Part shown: piece by piece, positions 41,940 through 54,512 of the stretch | How positions within the stretch are numbered: the first letter of the stretch is position 1 | How the letters are laid out: each line of letters opens with the position of its first letter | NCBI GenBank assembly: GCA_951406725.2 | Contig: OX597823.1 | Span: forward strand, 56,110,001 to 56,174,000 | Length of the DNA: 64,000 nucleotides | From: Octopus vulgaris | Lineage: Eukaryota | Reading direction: 5' to 3' | Program-made: the position numbers and the translations under genes | Notes under the pieces: generated by a model | Seen by the model: only the letters and a program-made list of their open reading frames with translations | The model's database searches: none | Told to the model about the DNA's origin: nothing

Positions 41940-42285
41940 AATATATTATATTAGAGGTAAAAGGGCAACAAAAACTAAGGTAGGACGAGTATCTCAAGTC
42001 ACTTAGAATAATTTAATTAGAGTAAGGTAAATTTGAAGTCTTACAGCTGTTTCTAGAATATCCCATGTAATATGCTAGCATGTCCGTACAGTGGGTATTC
42101 TGTCGTCACCTTGTCTCTGATGACGGAAAACCCAATGTACGGACATGCTAGCATATCACTTGGAATATCCCAGAAACAGCTGTAAGATTTCAGATTTACC
42201 TTACCATAATTAGATTATTCTAAATGACTTGAGATACTCGCTCTACCTTGGTTTTTGTTATCCTTTCTTCTCTAATATAATATAT
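41940..42285. mobile_element. Fold-back element with diverged arms and hammerhead-like motifs
   Basis: atatattatattagag...ctctaatataatatat termini; arms are reverse complements with many substitutions; GAAACAGCTGTA on both arms. Confidence 0.75.
42113..42188 (+). ncRNA. Type I hammerhead ribozyme-like motif
   Basis: GUCU-CUGAUGA(42117-42123)-imperfect stem II-GAAA(42173-42176)-CAGCUG-UA-AGAU; palindromic stem III ACAGCUGU; mirror copy on the minus strand (about 42038-42110) has core GUGACGA. Confidence 0.5.
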
Positions 42286-42503
42286 ATACCTGTTAACACG
42301 GAAACTTAATATGGATCGTTAACTCTAGCCTCAACTGTGAACTTAGAACCTAACGGATGACCAATTATAACACTAAGTCAGCATACCTATTCCTTAAGAT
42401 CACCAGTGAACTAAACCCCTCATATTCTCTCCCTCTCTCTATATATATGTATGAGAGTTCATGTACATAAATATACATATAGATTCATAGATGCATACAA
42501 GCT

Positions 42504-42607
<104 letters not shown>

Positions 42608-42879
42608 CTTCAATGCAGGTTCCGTTCGATTTTGTAGTGATGCAAGTGAAATATTTCTCAAATCGACGCATCACTTTGCCTGAAATTGGAGCCCTATTAT
42701 CCAGAGCTGGCTGAAAAAAAAAATCAAAGATGTCGGTGTATTCAGCCATACACACGCGCGCGCATACATAAATAAGTTATAAAGACTGACATATATGGGT
42801 ATTTTGCGCGATTTAAGAAACGGTGGCGAGTGAAAAGTTTCCGCGCGCGTACACACACACACACACATACGGCCACAGA

Positions 42880-43440
42880 CTGGTCCAGACTATGTCTAAC
42901 TTGATAGCACCACTTGATAGGATTATCTAAATCCTTTTAAAGCCAAGTTTTGTGGTATCGTGGTCCATTTCGAGTAGGGAGTTCTTGTTGAATAAGTTGT
43001 ATCGAGGTATAGATGGCTTATCCGGTATTCCTTGAAAAAATTTATCCAGATTCCGTTTAAAAGAAATGGGATCCTTTTCCTCTTTGATCTGTTTCGGAAC
43101 AATGTTAAAGGGAGCAGGGCCTGTTGAGGAAAGAAATTGTGCTGCAGTATATTTATGTGTTGTGATTCTGAATTGGGTAGGGGACGTATGGCCCATGGTC
43201 CTAACCTTGGATGAATTTTAAAGCTAATGTTGAGGTCGTTTAGGCAATGTTGGTGGTATATCCTCCACATCGTGCAAATGATGTATCGCTCACGGCGGCG
43301 CTGGAGAGGATATAGTTTCAATGCTTTAAGGCGATCCCAATAATCGATATCAGTCATGCCCTTAATTCTTTTAGTGAATGACCTCTGGGGTGATTCAATT
43401 TTCGAGACGTTTTCTTTTGTATGAGGAGACCACATCGTGA
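42880..43440 (-). mobile_element. 5'-truncated LINE fragment (CR1/Jockey-group ORF2 C-terminus)
   Basis: WSPHTKENVSKIESPQRSFTKRIKGM...YWDRLKALKLYPLQRRRER motif. Confidence 0.8.
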
Positions 43441-43759
43441 GGATATTCCAAAGAGCAAATCAAAATAAAGTCAATAATCTAATGTAGCTCACATTATCGT
43501 ATATGAATCATTGTAGGTCATACAACAATAGCGATAGTGAGTCACAATAATAAACTAAAGATGTATCAGGAAACTTTCAATGGAATATAATTATTGGTAC
43601 GTGAACAGTTGACAGAAGAGATCTAAGGTACAGGTTTAAAATGCAAAAATGTTTGACGTATAGAATGCCGTAAAGAATTTAATCGCAAGTTCGGGTAAAG
43701 GCTTATTCTTTCTCCGATTTATTCTCTGTTCTCCTTATCATTATCAATTACCAATATAA

Positions 43760-43882
<123 letters not shown>

Positions 43883-44143
43883 ATAAAAAATAGTAATGCA
43901 ATACTAGAGTATTGCTTTCCATTTCATAAAGAATAGCCCGTGAGGGTAAATTATACATAAAAGTAAATAAATGATACAACGAAGTATCGATATTTACTGG
44001 AAAATAGCAAACGTAATAAATACGACGCTAATGTATAGCTTCACTGCGTATGTACTAGTAAAGATGCGTGTGTGCAACAAACATGAAAAATTGTCTTACC
44101 TCTAGGAAGAACATCTGAAAAATGAAAAACCTAGATAAGGATA

Positions 44144-44216
44144 ATGCAGTACCGGTTTCGGATTTTTCAAAATACGAATGCCAATCGTATAATTGATTTA
44201 TCTTCATCAGCCACAT
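44144..44216 (-). ncRNA. Identical hammerhead-like motif on the opposite strand (left arm of fold-back)
   Basis: Exact reverse complement of 44245-44317. Confidence 0.6.
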
Positions 44217-44244
44217 ATACCTCAACAACATGTTGTTAAGGTAT

Positions 44245-44317
44245 ATGTGGCTGATGAAGATAAATCAATTATACGATTGGCATTCGTATTTTGAAAAATC
44301 CGAAACCGGTACTGCAT
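44245..44317 (+). ncRNA. Type I hammerhead ribozyme-like motif (Penelope-type minimal stem III)
   Basis: AUGUGG-CUGAUGA(44251-44257)-stem II hairpin-GAAA(44302-44305)-CCGG-UA-CUGCAU; 6-bp stem I with two G-U pairs; palindromic ACCGGU stem III; A.C mismatch at the base of stem II. Confidence 0.6.
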
Positions 44318-44346
44318 TATCCTTATCTAGGTTTTTCATTTTTCAG

Positions 44347-44361
44347 ATGTTCTTCCTAGAG
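44347..44361 (+). CDS. Candidate 15-nt microexon (YVLPR) inside a fold-back element
   Basis: tttttcatttttcAG / GTAAGA, phase 1-1, no stop; lies inside a repeat, so it may be cryptic. Confidence 0.3.
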
Positions 44362-44789
44362 GTAAGACAATTTTTCATGTTTGTTGCACACACGCATCTT
44401 TACTAGTACATTCCAGTAAATATCGATACTTCGTTGTATCATTTATTTACTTTTTTATATATATATATATATGTAGTTGAGGTGTGTTCTGTTAAGAACG
44501 TATAAGAGTAGGGTACAAATAGAGCTCGTTCACCCTTAGAATTCCCAAATAGCCAGAGGAGATACATACAGATCTTCTTATACAGGTAAATCGTTACATA
44601 ATTTAATTCAAACTTTAAACATTATATATACGAGGATCTGTATGTATCGAAACATTTGTAGTGATTAAAAAGCTGCCTAACCTTACTTTTGACTCTTCCT
44701 TTTAACTATTTTACTTTTTACTTTTTATATGTATGTATATATATATTATGTGATATCTATGTATATTATATATATATATATGTATTATT

Positions 44790-44832
<43 letters not shown>

Positions 44833-45280
44833 TGCATGTATATTATATAGATATACATGTATGTATATATATACAAATATATATATAAAAGACACATGCG
44901 TATAAAAATTTATGCTGACTTTCACTTGTTTTTGTGTGTGTGTGTGTGTCTATGTTCATGTACTATGCATATATGTATGTGCATGTATATATGTGTATAT
45001 AAATGTGTGTATGTGTGTTTATGCATGTACATACATATGTACATACATGTATATACATATATATGTTTATATGTATGTATGTATGTACGTACGTATGTAT
45101 GTATGTATATAATGTATATAATGTCTGATGATCGCTTACATGAAACTCTGTATACGGTTTACATTTCACGTATATATGTACGCACAGCAATAATCCATAC
45201 TGACTTTCAGTTTGTTCTGCACTTTCGTCTTTACATGAAGCAAAAAATGAAAAACTACTTGCCACAATCTTTTTTTACAG

Positions 45281-45295
45281 TACCGCAAACTAAAC
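45281..45295 (+). CDS. 15-nt microexon (PQTK)
   Basis: ctttttttacAG / GTAAGT; phase 1-1, frame preserving. Confidence 0.6.
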
Positions 45296-45549
45296 GTAAG
45301 TGTTCATATCTTTTAAAGCACATTTTGCCACACAGAACCGAATGTACGCATCGTCATGCGTGAACACTTCAAAACTCTCACGACGTTGCACACTGCCAGT
45401 TTGATTGAGCACTTAGGCTCTATAGCAAAATCACACACACACACACTCTCTCACTTTCACTCACTCACTCACTTTATTTCTTCCTCTTTCCCTTTCACCA
45501 TATAACTTAGAATTAGCTGTACACCTAATATTCACACCTTGCCACACAG

Positions 45550-45800
45550 TTGATTAGAATGTCACGGGAAAGAATCGCAAGACAAATCTTTCAAGCCCAG
45601 AGCCAACCAGCAGGACATCAATGGGGTAGACCGAGAATGAGTTGGCTGGATAATATTCGTAGACTTGCTTGGTCACGCTCAGGAATCCAACCGGCTGTCT
45701 ATTGACGGTTGCTTCTGGTAAAGCTGTATGGAAGAGGAGCCTGAAAGCTCTACCTCTACGACTCCTCCAGGAATAGAGAGCAGATAAGATTAATAGCTAG
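45550..45800 (+). mobile_element. RTE-like LINE 3' fragment
   Basis: Translation resembles RMSRERIARQIFQ...GRPRMSWLDNI. Confidence 0.55.
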
Positions 45801-47497
45801 ATAACACTATCACTCAATCGCACTTCATAATACTGCAAATTCTATAAGAATTAATTGCACAGCACAACTGCAAACTGTACATCTCACAATTTTTTACTAT
45901 TTACTGTTAATTAATTCAATTGCATGACTGAAAACTCAGCTACTCACCATGACATCGTTATATGAAAACAAAACAGTCACATTGCATCACAGAAATATAA
46001 TTAAGCATCGCTCATTCACCCTAAAAAAAAACAGAATTAAATGTGCATCATCAAGTCAGACTGCACTTTATTTCACTAAACGGCATAGTGTAAAATTTTA
46101 CTTCCCTCAGAAAATTTTAGCTACTTGAGTTGACAGTGTTAGACGTCAACTGTCTTAGCAAAGTAAGCATAACTACCAAATAGAAACTAATGATAGGCAC
46201 AGTCCTTTCTACTAAGATCTGAAATTATGGGGGAGGGGGACTAGAGGATTACATCGACACCAGTGCGTAACTGGTACTTAATTTATCGACCCCGAAAGGA
46301 TGAAACTTAGAACATAAAGACAGACGAAATACCTATTTCTTTACTACCCACAAGGGGCTAAACACAGAGAGGACAAACAAGGACAGACAAACGGATTAAG
46401 TCGACTATATCGACCCCAGTGCGTAACTGGTACTTATTTAATCGACCCCGAAAGGATGAAAGGCAAAGACGACGTCGGCGGAATTTGAACTCAGAACGTA
46501 ACGGCAGACGAAATACCGCTAAGATTCCGTCCGGCATGCTAACGTTTCTGCCAGCTCAAATTATCAATAATCTAGCACATTTATAACTGCCACTTCTCAA
46601 AATGTTTTTAAAAAACTAGAAAGCACTTCTTATTCATTCTGTCTCAAGTATTTGGATTAAATCTGAGGATATTCTGGTGTGCCGTTACCTATGCATCAAC
46701 CAATGAGTTGCATTTTATTCCTCATCTTAGACAGGTATTCTTTAAATTAGCATCGGGTTGATGCAAAAAGATATAGCGGAAAATTGCGTACGCGGATGCT
46801 ATGTAGAAAAGTTCGTCGAATGGACTGCACCAGGAATTCAAAGACATGACCTTGTTACATACTATGTCGTGCCGATTCTGCGAGAAAACTACTTGAAGAA
46901 TGCAAGTGTGTTTGGTGTACTCGGCTTCTTATATTACAATTGAATGAGTAGACAGCTCTGTTAATTGAATATCTGGTACATAGTTTCTAATATACCAGTA
47001 ATATACTGCGTTCAAGTGCAAAGTTAAAGAATATTGCCAAAATTTGGTATCCAGCTACTATAATTTGGATAGTACGTTATCTTAGCGATAAACACATACA
47101 CACACATACACACATACACATATACACACACATACACACATACACATATACATACACACTAATGAATCTATATGTGTTAAAGTACCGCAGTATCCATACA
47201 GTCAAATGAATTCTTCCTCACTGGATACATATGGAAAGCAACCCTTATGGAAGCATGGTCGTCCACTATTCGATATTAAAACGGTTTGTTTCTCGTCAAC
47301 GATTCTGTCCATTGTGTAGGAGTATGTTACCCAATATATTATGAAATGTTGTTTGTAGCCGCATTTGCATTGTAGCGGATTCTTAACTATTTATTTTCAA
47401 TGTTTATTGTATTTTTAAATTTCGTTTATTTTAAAATTCGTTTATTTTTTAAATATTTTCTTACATTACCTCCTGAAACTCTTCTTCTACTTTACAG

Positions 47498-47512
47498 CAA
47501 CACTTCCTCCAT
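47498..47512 (+). CDS. 15-nt microexon (PTLPP)
   Basis: Long pyrimidine tract ending tttacAG / GTAAGT; phase 1-1; Pro/Thr-rich. Confidence 0.65.
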
Positions 47513-49481
47513 GTAAGTGCCTATTTCATATATTTGTGTAACGTATATAATTGCTTTTGTTCTATAGTATACATCATTTTTTTTAGAGCACAGGTTTTGA
47601 CACCTAAGCACGGGTTTCATTATATATGAAAAGCATCCATAGTATCATGTAAAGAAAGATTTTCCAATATAGAATACAGTCTACAATATATATCACAGGG
47701 TTCGTAATTTAGTGTGATGTAGAGCATAGTTTATCTAGGACAACGCATATTTCCTCACAAAGAGAACCCATTTCTGGTAAATAGACATGTTATAAAATTT
47801 AGCCCTGTGAGTTACATATTAACGTAGAGAACTGAAATATTTTAATTAATTAAAATTTAAACAGTAGCGAAAAAACAATTATTAATTTAATTATAAACTC
47901 TGATCAAGAAAAACAGATGATTTCGTTTATATTTTATATAAACAAATCAATTCCTTAATTAATTTGCTAAACAGTGATTCGATATAATTTAAATGATTAA
48001 ATTAATTGACACTTAGATTAATGCAAGTATAGTGAGGTGATTCTGATCATTGGTAAGTATGGTGACAAACTTCAGACATGCTTCAGTCTTTTTATAACTC
48101 TGAGACAAAACATGATAGCGCCAGTAGTTTTATGAACAGAGATGATAGAGTGATATAAAAATGTTGATTGCATAAGCAATACCAGGTATAACAAGGCGAA
48201 TATATGAATAGGGAAAATTACCTGCGGTAGCCTATTACACACAAAAACTAATGGTTAAGAAGGGAACAAATGTACTAAAAGTTGTGAACCGAAATATTTT
48301 GATTCATTCAAAGTATACGCGCTGTGAGAAAAACTGTATTAGCATACTGGATAATTATATTTCTAAAGTAGTGAGGAGAAGCGTTTGATATATCATACTT
48401 ATATTTCATATTTTAAGGGAAAAAATTGGTAATCTGCTGCACAGTTGTTGCGGCATAGTTCCTTGAATATGTTATCTATATACATGTATTCCAGTAAAAA
48501 GGTACTACTGCATGTGAACACAGCACTCGTTTTATGAACATGGTAAACACCGAAACTAGACATCCTTACGTAACTGATATTGATTACACCAATGAAGAAG
48601 GAGTGGCTTGATGTACATTGTTGCTTTTATTCATTACAACCCTATATTATACTGTTGAGTTCGTGAATATCTGCTGCTTTCTATACTGCGACATGTTAAG
48701 AGAAAAATACATAATAGTTAGAGTCTATCGTCAGCAGTGCCTTATTCTTGACATCAATATCATTTGAGAATTTCGAAGACGAGGTGACGGATCATCAATC
48801 CAAAGATCAATGGTGCGTTTCATGCAACTGGATTTCATCTATCACGATCAAGTTATAGGTAAATTTCTGCGCATGTACAGTAATGAAATACGATTCACAT
48901 GTTATCGGGTTTAATTGGATAGCATCGTACCCTCAACAACTGGTTTTTTTTTTTTTTACCATAAACTTGGATCGACCAACCACTTGTCAGTGAAAATGGA
49001 TAAACGAAACAAACTGCGTGATTATCCGTGGGGGAGTTAATCCGATGTCCCCGATCTATGAATAATTTCTCGTAAGCCTCGAAAGGAATTGTAGATACGA
49101 TGTTATTACTCAAACTGAGGCATTAAAATTTACTTGTTAAACACAGTTCATTGGTGGGAATATATCATAAAGAACGATATTTTTCATAAGCTGAGATTTT
49201 AAGGCCACTAGAAGTGCAATGACAGCCACTTCAGACACCACTTCAGGTTAGGACATTCATTCAAGCTCCGTTAATCGTTTCTAGCATTCTAGTCATAAAA
49301 TCCTTGTACTAGATGTAATTTCTGACTGCATGTGCTGACATTTATCCAGTAGTTCATAGCTGTGAGCTTCAAACAATAATAGCAACAATCTACAATGTAT
49401 AAGCTAGCTAAGTAATGTTTCTTGAAACCACTCAAACACTGAATTATTACAAAAACAATTTACTATCGTTATATTTTGCAG

Positions 49482-49511
49482 GGCCTGAAACTACAACAAA
49501 AGCCAAAACAG
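49482..49511 (+). CDS. 30-nt Thr-rich microexon (PETTTKAKT)
   Basis: atattttgcAG / GTAAGT; phase 1-1; paralogous flanks to the other cassette exons. Confidence 0.75.
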
Positions 49512-49540
49512 GTAAGTTTTTACTTACACACGCTCGCGCG

Positions 49541-49544
<4 letters not shown>

Positions 49545-49603
<59 letters not shown>

Positions 49604-49838
49604 CACACACAAACACACACACACAAACACATACACACAAACACACATACAAACACACGCGTACACAGACACAAACACACACACACACAAACACACATAC
49701 AAACATATACACACACAGAGACACAAACACACACAGAGACACAAACACACACACACAAACACACACAAGCACAAACACACAAACACAGACACACACACAC
49801 AAACACACATACAAACACATACACACACAGAGACACAA

Positions 49839-49869
<31 letters not shown>

Positions 49870-49990
49870 AACACACACAAGCACAAACACACAAACACAC
49901 AAACACAGACACAGAAACACACACACACACACACACACAAACACACAAACACAAACACACACACACAACACACAGATGCACACGCGCACA
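49545..49990. repeat. CA-rich degenerate micro/minisatellite (CACAAA, CACAGA variants)
   Basis: Directly visible immediately after the 49482-49511 exon donor. Confidence 0.9.
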
Positions 49991-50109
49991 CGAACTAGCG
50001 TACAGAAACACTCGCACTAACACATCCAAACACACTCGCTCAAATATTATTAGTTACAGACGTTTGAAATATTGTACTTACATTTCATATGATATTCTTG
50101 TAAATAAAA

Positions 50110-50620
50110 CTAGCAGTATCGCCCGGCGTTGCTCGGGTTTGTAAGGGAAATAACTATATAAGCATTTTTAGAGAGTTACTTCCCTTATAGATGCCAATTC
50201 GGGCTTTCTTAGCCATTTCTGTTTTGGTGTCTTCAAGCCATGAAGTCGTTGTTCTAAAAGAACGCTGGTCTCCTTGACAACGCTTTACGACGTTGATTTC
50301 CTTACACTCCCTTCCCCACAGCTTCACGAGGGGGGAAGAAGGGGAGAAGCAAACAGGTGCAAGTGTGACCATGGACGCCAGCTCCGCCGCCATCGACACA
50401 CGAAAAATTATGCATTAAAATGGAATAAAAAATGATGTTAAATTATTTTTAAAATCGTAGACTCATCGTAGACGCGCGCTAATACTCAGACGGGCTCGAT
50501 ATGAATCACGACTATAAGATACCCGAATTTGGTTAAACTGCACCTCAAAATGTGGGAGTAGTTAGGAATCTAAATCGAAGGGGACAGACACTCACACAAC
50601 TACAGTTTTATATATATAGA
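50110..50620 (-). mobile_element. Complete non-autonomous Helitron-like element
   Basis: Minus strand starts TCTATATATATAAAACTG and ends CCCGAGCAACGCCGGG hairpin...CTAG; inserted between A and T with no TSD; a paralogous intron near 53570-53600 shows the empty site. Confidence 0.8.
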
Positions 50621-51923
50621 TATGTTCCGAAACCACCGACATCATTGTGAAACTGGTTTTCATTATATCCATTTTGTTAGGTCAGATTCGTACACCAAAG
50701 AAGATGGAGTGATTTAATGAACATCGTTGCACTTATCCATTTCAGCCCTTATATTTTACATGACATTATTCGTAGATATATATTTACACTATTTTATATA
50801 TAAGCCCTCTCATGAAATCTCCAGTTAAACGATCTCATAAGTTACCTCCCTAGCGCCAGCAGACAAAAAGAGTAAAAGCATTGCTCTGGAGAGATGCAAG
50901 GGAGATGCACCAAAACAGCCAATCTGAACCAGGGGGCGCATACTTGCAGACAGCCATCTCTATCTCGATAGCGATGAGCAGGAATATGGGCTGGGGACAT
51001 TTACTCTGTTTTCTATAAAGAAACATATAAAATCAGATGACTCTACTTAAGAAGAAAAACATTATAATGCTTGGATTTTGACGTCAGCTGTGCCTTATTC
51101 TTCATATAAAGATCCTCTAAGAATTTCAAAAACTAAGTAATGGATTACCAACCCAAATATCTATGATACATCCATTCCATTGAGTATAGCCTTCCATGGT
51201 CCTGTTATATGAATTTCGGTGCATGTGTGACGGTATGACAACGAAGTTCGCTCCATATGTTATCCGGTTTAATCCTATCCCTTCGCACCCTACCTTAACT
51301 TCGTGTCGACTAACGACTTGTCAGTAAAATTTGATACATGAAAATGCGTGAATATATTTCGAAGGTAGCATCCTTTTTAAAGGATTAGCAAATTTAAGCT
51401 GTTCACCGATTTAACACCTCATTCCAGCCCATAGAGACTTCAGCAGAATCTCCTTTGTTTCAATTGTTCCACGTCTCCGGGTTATGTATATTTCCCCTTT
51501 CACATTTCTCGAAAGTACCGTAATAAGTTGTGTCTCCGCTCTTAGTCCCATACTAATCTATTGCAATTTATTTGTTATACAGTGATCATTCATGTAAGCA
51601 GTGTGATTATTGCATTAAAAACGAACGTTTTCGTAACCTGAGGTTTTGATAGCCACGAAATGAGTGATAAAAGCAATTTTAGACACCACTTCATATGAGG
51701 ACATTCACCCAATCTCTGCCAATTGTTTGTAGCTTACTCGTCATTACTCCTTGCGCGAGATCAAACAACTGGCTACTCCTATTGAGTGTTGTGCAATAGT
51801 CCATGTCCATGAGGTTCAAACAAAAAGCGCAATAGTCTACAGTATATAATGTAAATAACTAACGTTTCTGAATCCACACAAACACTGAATTATTAAAAAT
51901 AAACGTATTATTATGTTTCACAA

Positions 51924-51953
51924 CAACTGGAACTACTACAATAAGTACAACAA
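51924..51953 (+). pseudogene. Pseudo-exon: dead 30-nt Thr-rich cassette copy (TGTTTISTT)
   Basis: Same flanking context as the paralogous exons but acceptor reads cAA instead of AG and donor reads TTAAGT instead of GTAAGT. Confidence 0.7.
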
Positions 51954-51997
51954 TTAAGTTTTCCTTTACAAACACACTGACGCACGGCGCACGCACG

Positions 51998-52064
<67 letters not shown>

Positions 52065-52722
52065 TCTTACACACAAACATACACATAGGTGCGCTCCCGC
52101 ACGCACTTAGAAGTACACTAACACATATATTCTTCAGCTAAAAATGTTTGAAATGGCCAACCATCCAGTTCTCCACCCTCTATTCTTGGCAGGGTCGTGG
52201 GCATATAATCCTCAGGCACTTCCTCCTTAGGGTCTATCAGAAGCATTCGTCATTATATTTTCTGGCTGGATTCCTAATCACGACCATCTCAGACGATAAA
52301 TATTTTCTCCTTTCCGCTTTCCTTGAGAGCAATGTTCAGAGTCGTGGCTGTACTTTTATTCTTCTAATTCGGTCATTTACAATCTATTACAATCTACTTG
52401 TTAAACACTGTTCATTCTTATATCTATTGAGAGAATTGCATAAAGAAGGAATGTTTCCCAAGCTAAAATTTTCACGGCCCTGGAAAGAGGGATACAAGTC
52501 ATATCAGACACCATTTCAGATTAGAATATTCGCCCAATCTCCGTCAATCATTTGTAGCATTCTCATCTTAAAATCTTTGCGCGAAATCTAGCAAAGGCTA
52601 CGCTTGTAGACTGCTGTGTAATAGTCCATTGATATGAGTTTCATACTGTGACAGCAACAACCTACAGAGTTAAGTAAGAATTACTAACGTTTCTGAATTT
52701 CCAGTCTAGAAATTAATACAAA

Positions 52723-53092
52723 CTAGCAGTATCGCCCGGCGTTGCTCGGGTTTGTAAGGGAAATAACTATAAAGCATTTTTAGAGAGTTATAGTCAAAAA
52801 ATGGAAAAAAAATGATGGTAAATTTTTTTTAGTTAAAAAGGTCGAGTTGCGTCCCCTAGACAGTCTGTGGTTTGTGTTTCTGATTCTCGACCCCATGTCG
52901 AATTTATCGATTTGTTTCAGAACTGGGGGAACTTTTCAAAATTTTCGCTGCGTTAGTTTTGAATTATGACATTGGGCTATGTGTGTGTCAAGTTTCATCA
53001 GAATCGGTTGAAAGCCGTGGTCAGGGTGAGGGTACAACCTAACAGACACACAGAAACACACACAGACAAACTGCCGTTTATATATAGAGAGA
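52723..53092 (-). mobile_element. Second Helitron-like subfamily (same 3' end, different body)
   Basis: Shares about 65 bp including hairpin and CTAG with 50110-50180; 5' end TCTCTCTATATATAAAC. Confidence 0.7.
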
Positions 53093-53118
53093 TAACGTAT
53101 TATTGTTATATTTTCCAG

Positions 53119-53334
53119 TTACAACTAAAGCTACTACTATTGTAATAACTACAGCTACTACTGCTAAAGCTACTACTGCTAAAGCTACTACTGCTACAGC
53201 TACTACTGCTAAAGCTACTACTGCTACAGCTACTACTGCTACAGCTACTACTGCTACAGCTACTACTGCTAAAGCGACTACTGCTACAGCAACGACATCT
53301 ACTCCTTTTGTATCTACAACTCCTTCTACAAGAG
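53119..53334 (+). CDS. Thr/Ala-rich mucin-like exon with 15-nt internal repeats (ATTAK/ATTAT)n
   Basis: ttttccAG / GTAAGA; 216 nt, phase 1-1; VTTKATTIVITTATTAKATTAK...STPFVSTTPSTR. Confidence 0.85.
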
Positions 53335-54370
53335 GTAAGATTTTCTTTACACATACACACGCACACATACACACAAACCCTAACACTAACACATATATTC
53401 TTTAGTTACAGTTGTCACAGATATTTGTAATTTTATACATATATTTCATATTTAAGAAAACATATTTTATAATGTGCGCCGCAGTTCTTGTAAGAGAGTT
53501 CGTGGAATATGTTATACATGCACACGTATTGTAGTTAAAATGTACAGCTATATGTTAGCATTGCAATCGGGAATAAAACATATACCGAAACCACCGACAT
53601 CGTTGTGTCACTAGTTTTGATTACACTAATTAAAATGGAGTGGTAAGGCGGCGAGCTGGCAGAAACGTTAGCATGCCGGGCGAAATGCGTAGCCGTATTT
53701 CGTCTGCCGTTACAAAATGTTATCCAGTTCAATCCCACTCCATCGCTCCCTCGACAACTGTTTTAGACTGTAACCTCGGATCAATTAACGACCAATCATG
53801 GAAATTTGATGTTAAACGGGGTAAAAAAAAAACCTTTGGTGGTAACATCCATTTCATTTGATTGATTAGTATATTTAGTCTGTACCCTAGATAGAAGCTT
53901 CGTTGTAAGTTCACAGAGACCTTGGCAGAATCCCTTCTGTTGCAAACATTTGAATTACCACGTCCACATGGTAATTCAAATATTTTCTTCCTACATGTCT
54001 CGAAAGCACTGTAAAGAGTCGTAGATCTCTTATTACTCCATCCATGACTTTAGAATCTATTTATTAGAACTAGAATTCTGTTAAGCTGAATATTTTGTGA
54101 TCATAAAAAAGAAATGAAAGCCATTTCAGAAATCATTTCAGAATAGGGTATTCACCCAATCTCCGTCACTCGTTTCTCACCTTTCCGTCATGAAGTCCTT
54201 GCACTGGATCTCACAACTACTTACACCTGTTGGCTGCTGTGAAATAATCCGTGGTCACGAGCTTCAAACAATAATAACAACATTCTGCAATGTATGATTT
54301 GAATAAATAACGTTTCTGAAATCACTCCGACACTGAAACATTACAAATGTGCTATCATTATATTTTTCAG

Positions 54371-54391
54371 CCTCTACTTCATTTACAACTG
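54371..54391 (+). CDS. 21-nt microexon (ASTSFTT)
   Basis: tatttttcAG / GTAAGT; phase 1-1. Confidence 0.75.
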
Positions 54392-54470
54392 GTAAGTTTT
54401 TTTGTACTTTACACAAACACAAATACATATGCACATAAACACACTCAGACACACATACACACAGAGACAC

Positions 54471-54512
<42 letters not shown>

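Larger units (their letters stand above)
43955..44460. mobile_element. Fold-back element with near-perfect arms and a hammerhead motif on each arm
   Basis: Centre at about 44221-44240; arms identical except about 48 bp present only in the left arm; (TA)n on the right and nearby on the left. Confidence 0.8.

Noticed and set aside
53150-53290. Thr/Ala repeat as an antifreeze glycoprotein
   Set aside because: The unit is a pentapeptide inside a mucin-like exon, not the (Thr-Ala-Ala)n tripeptide polyprotein.
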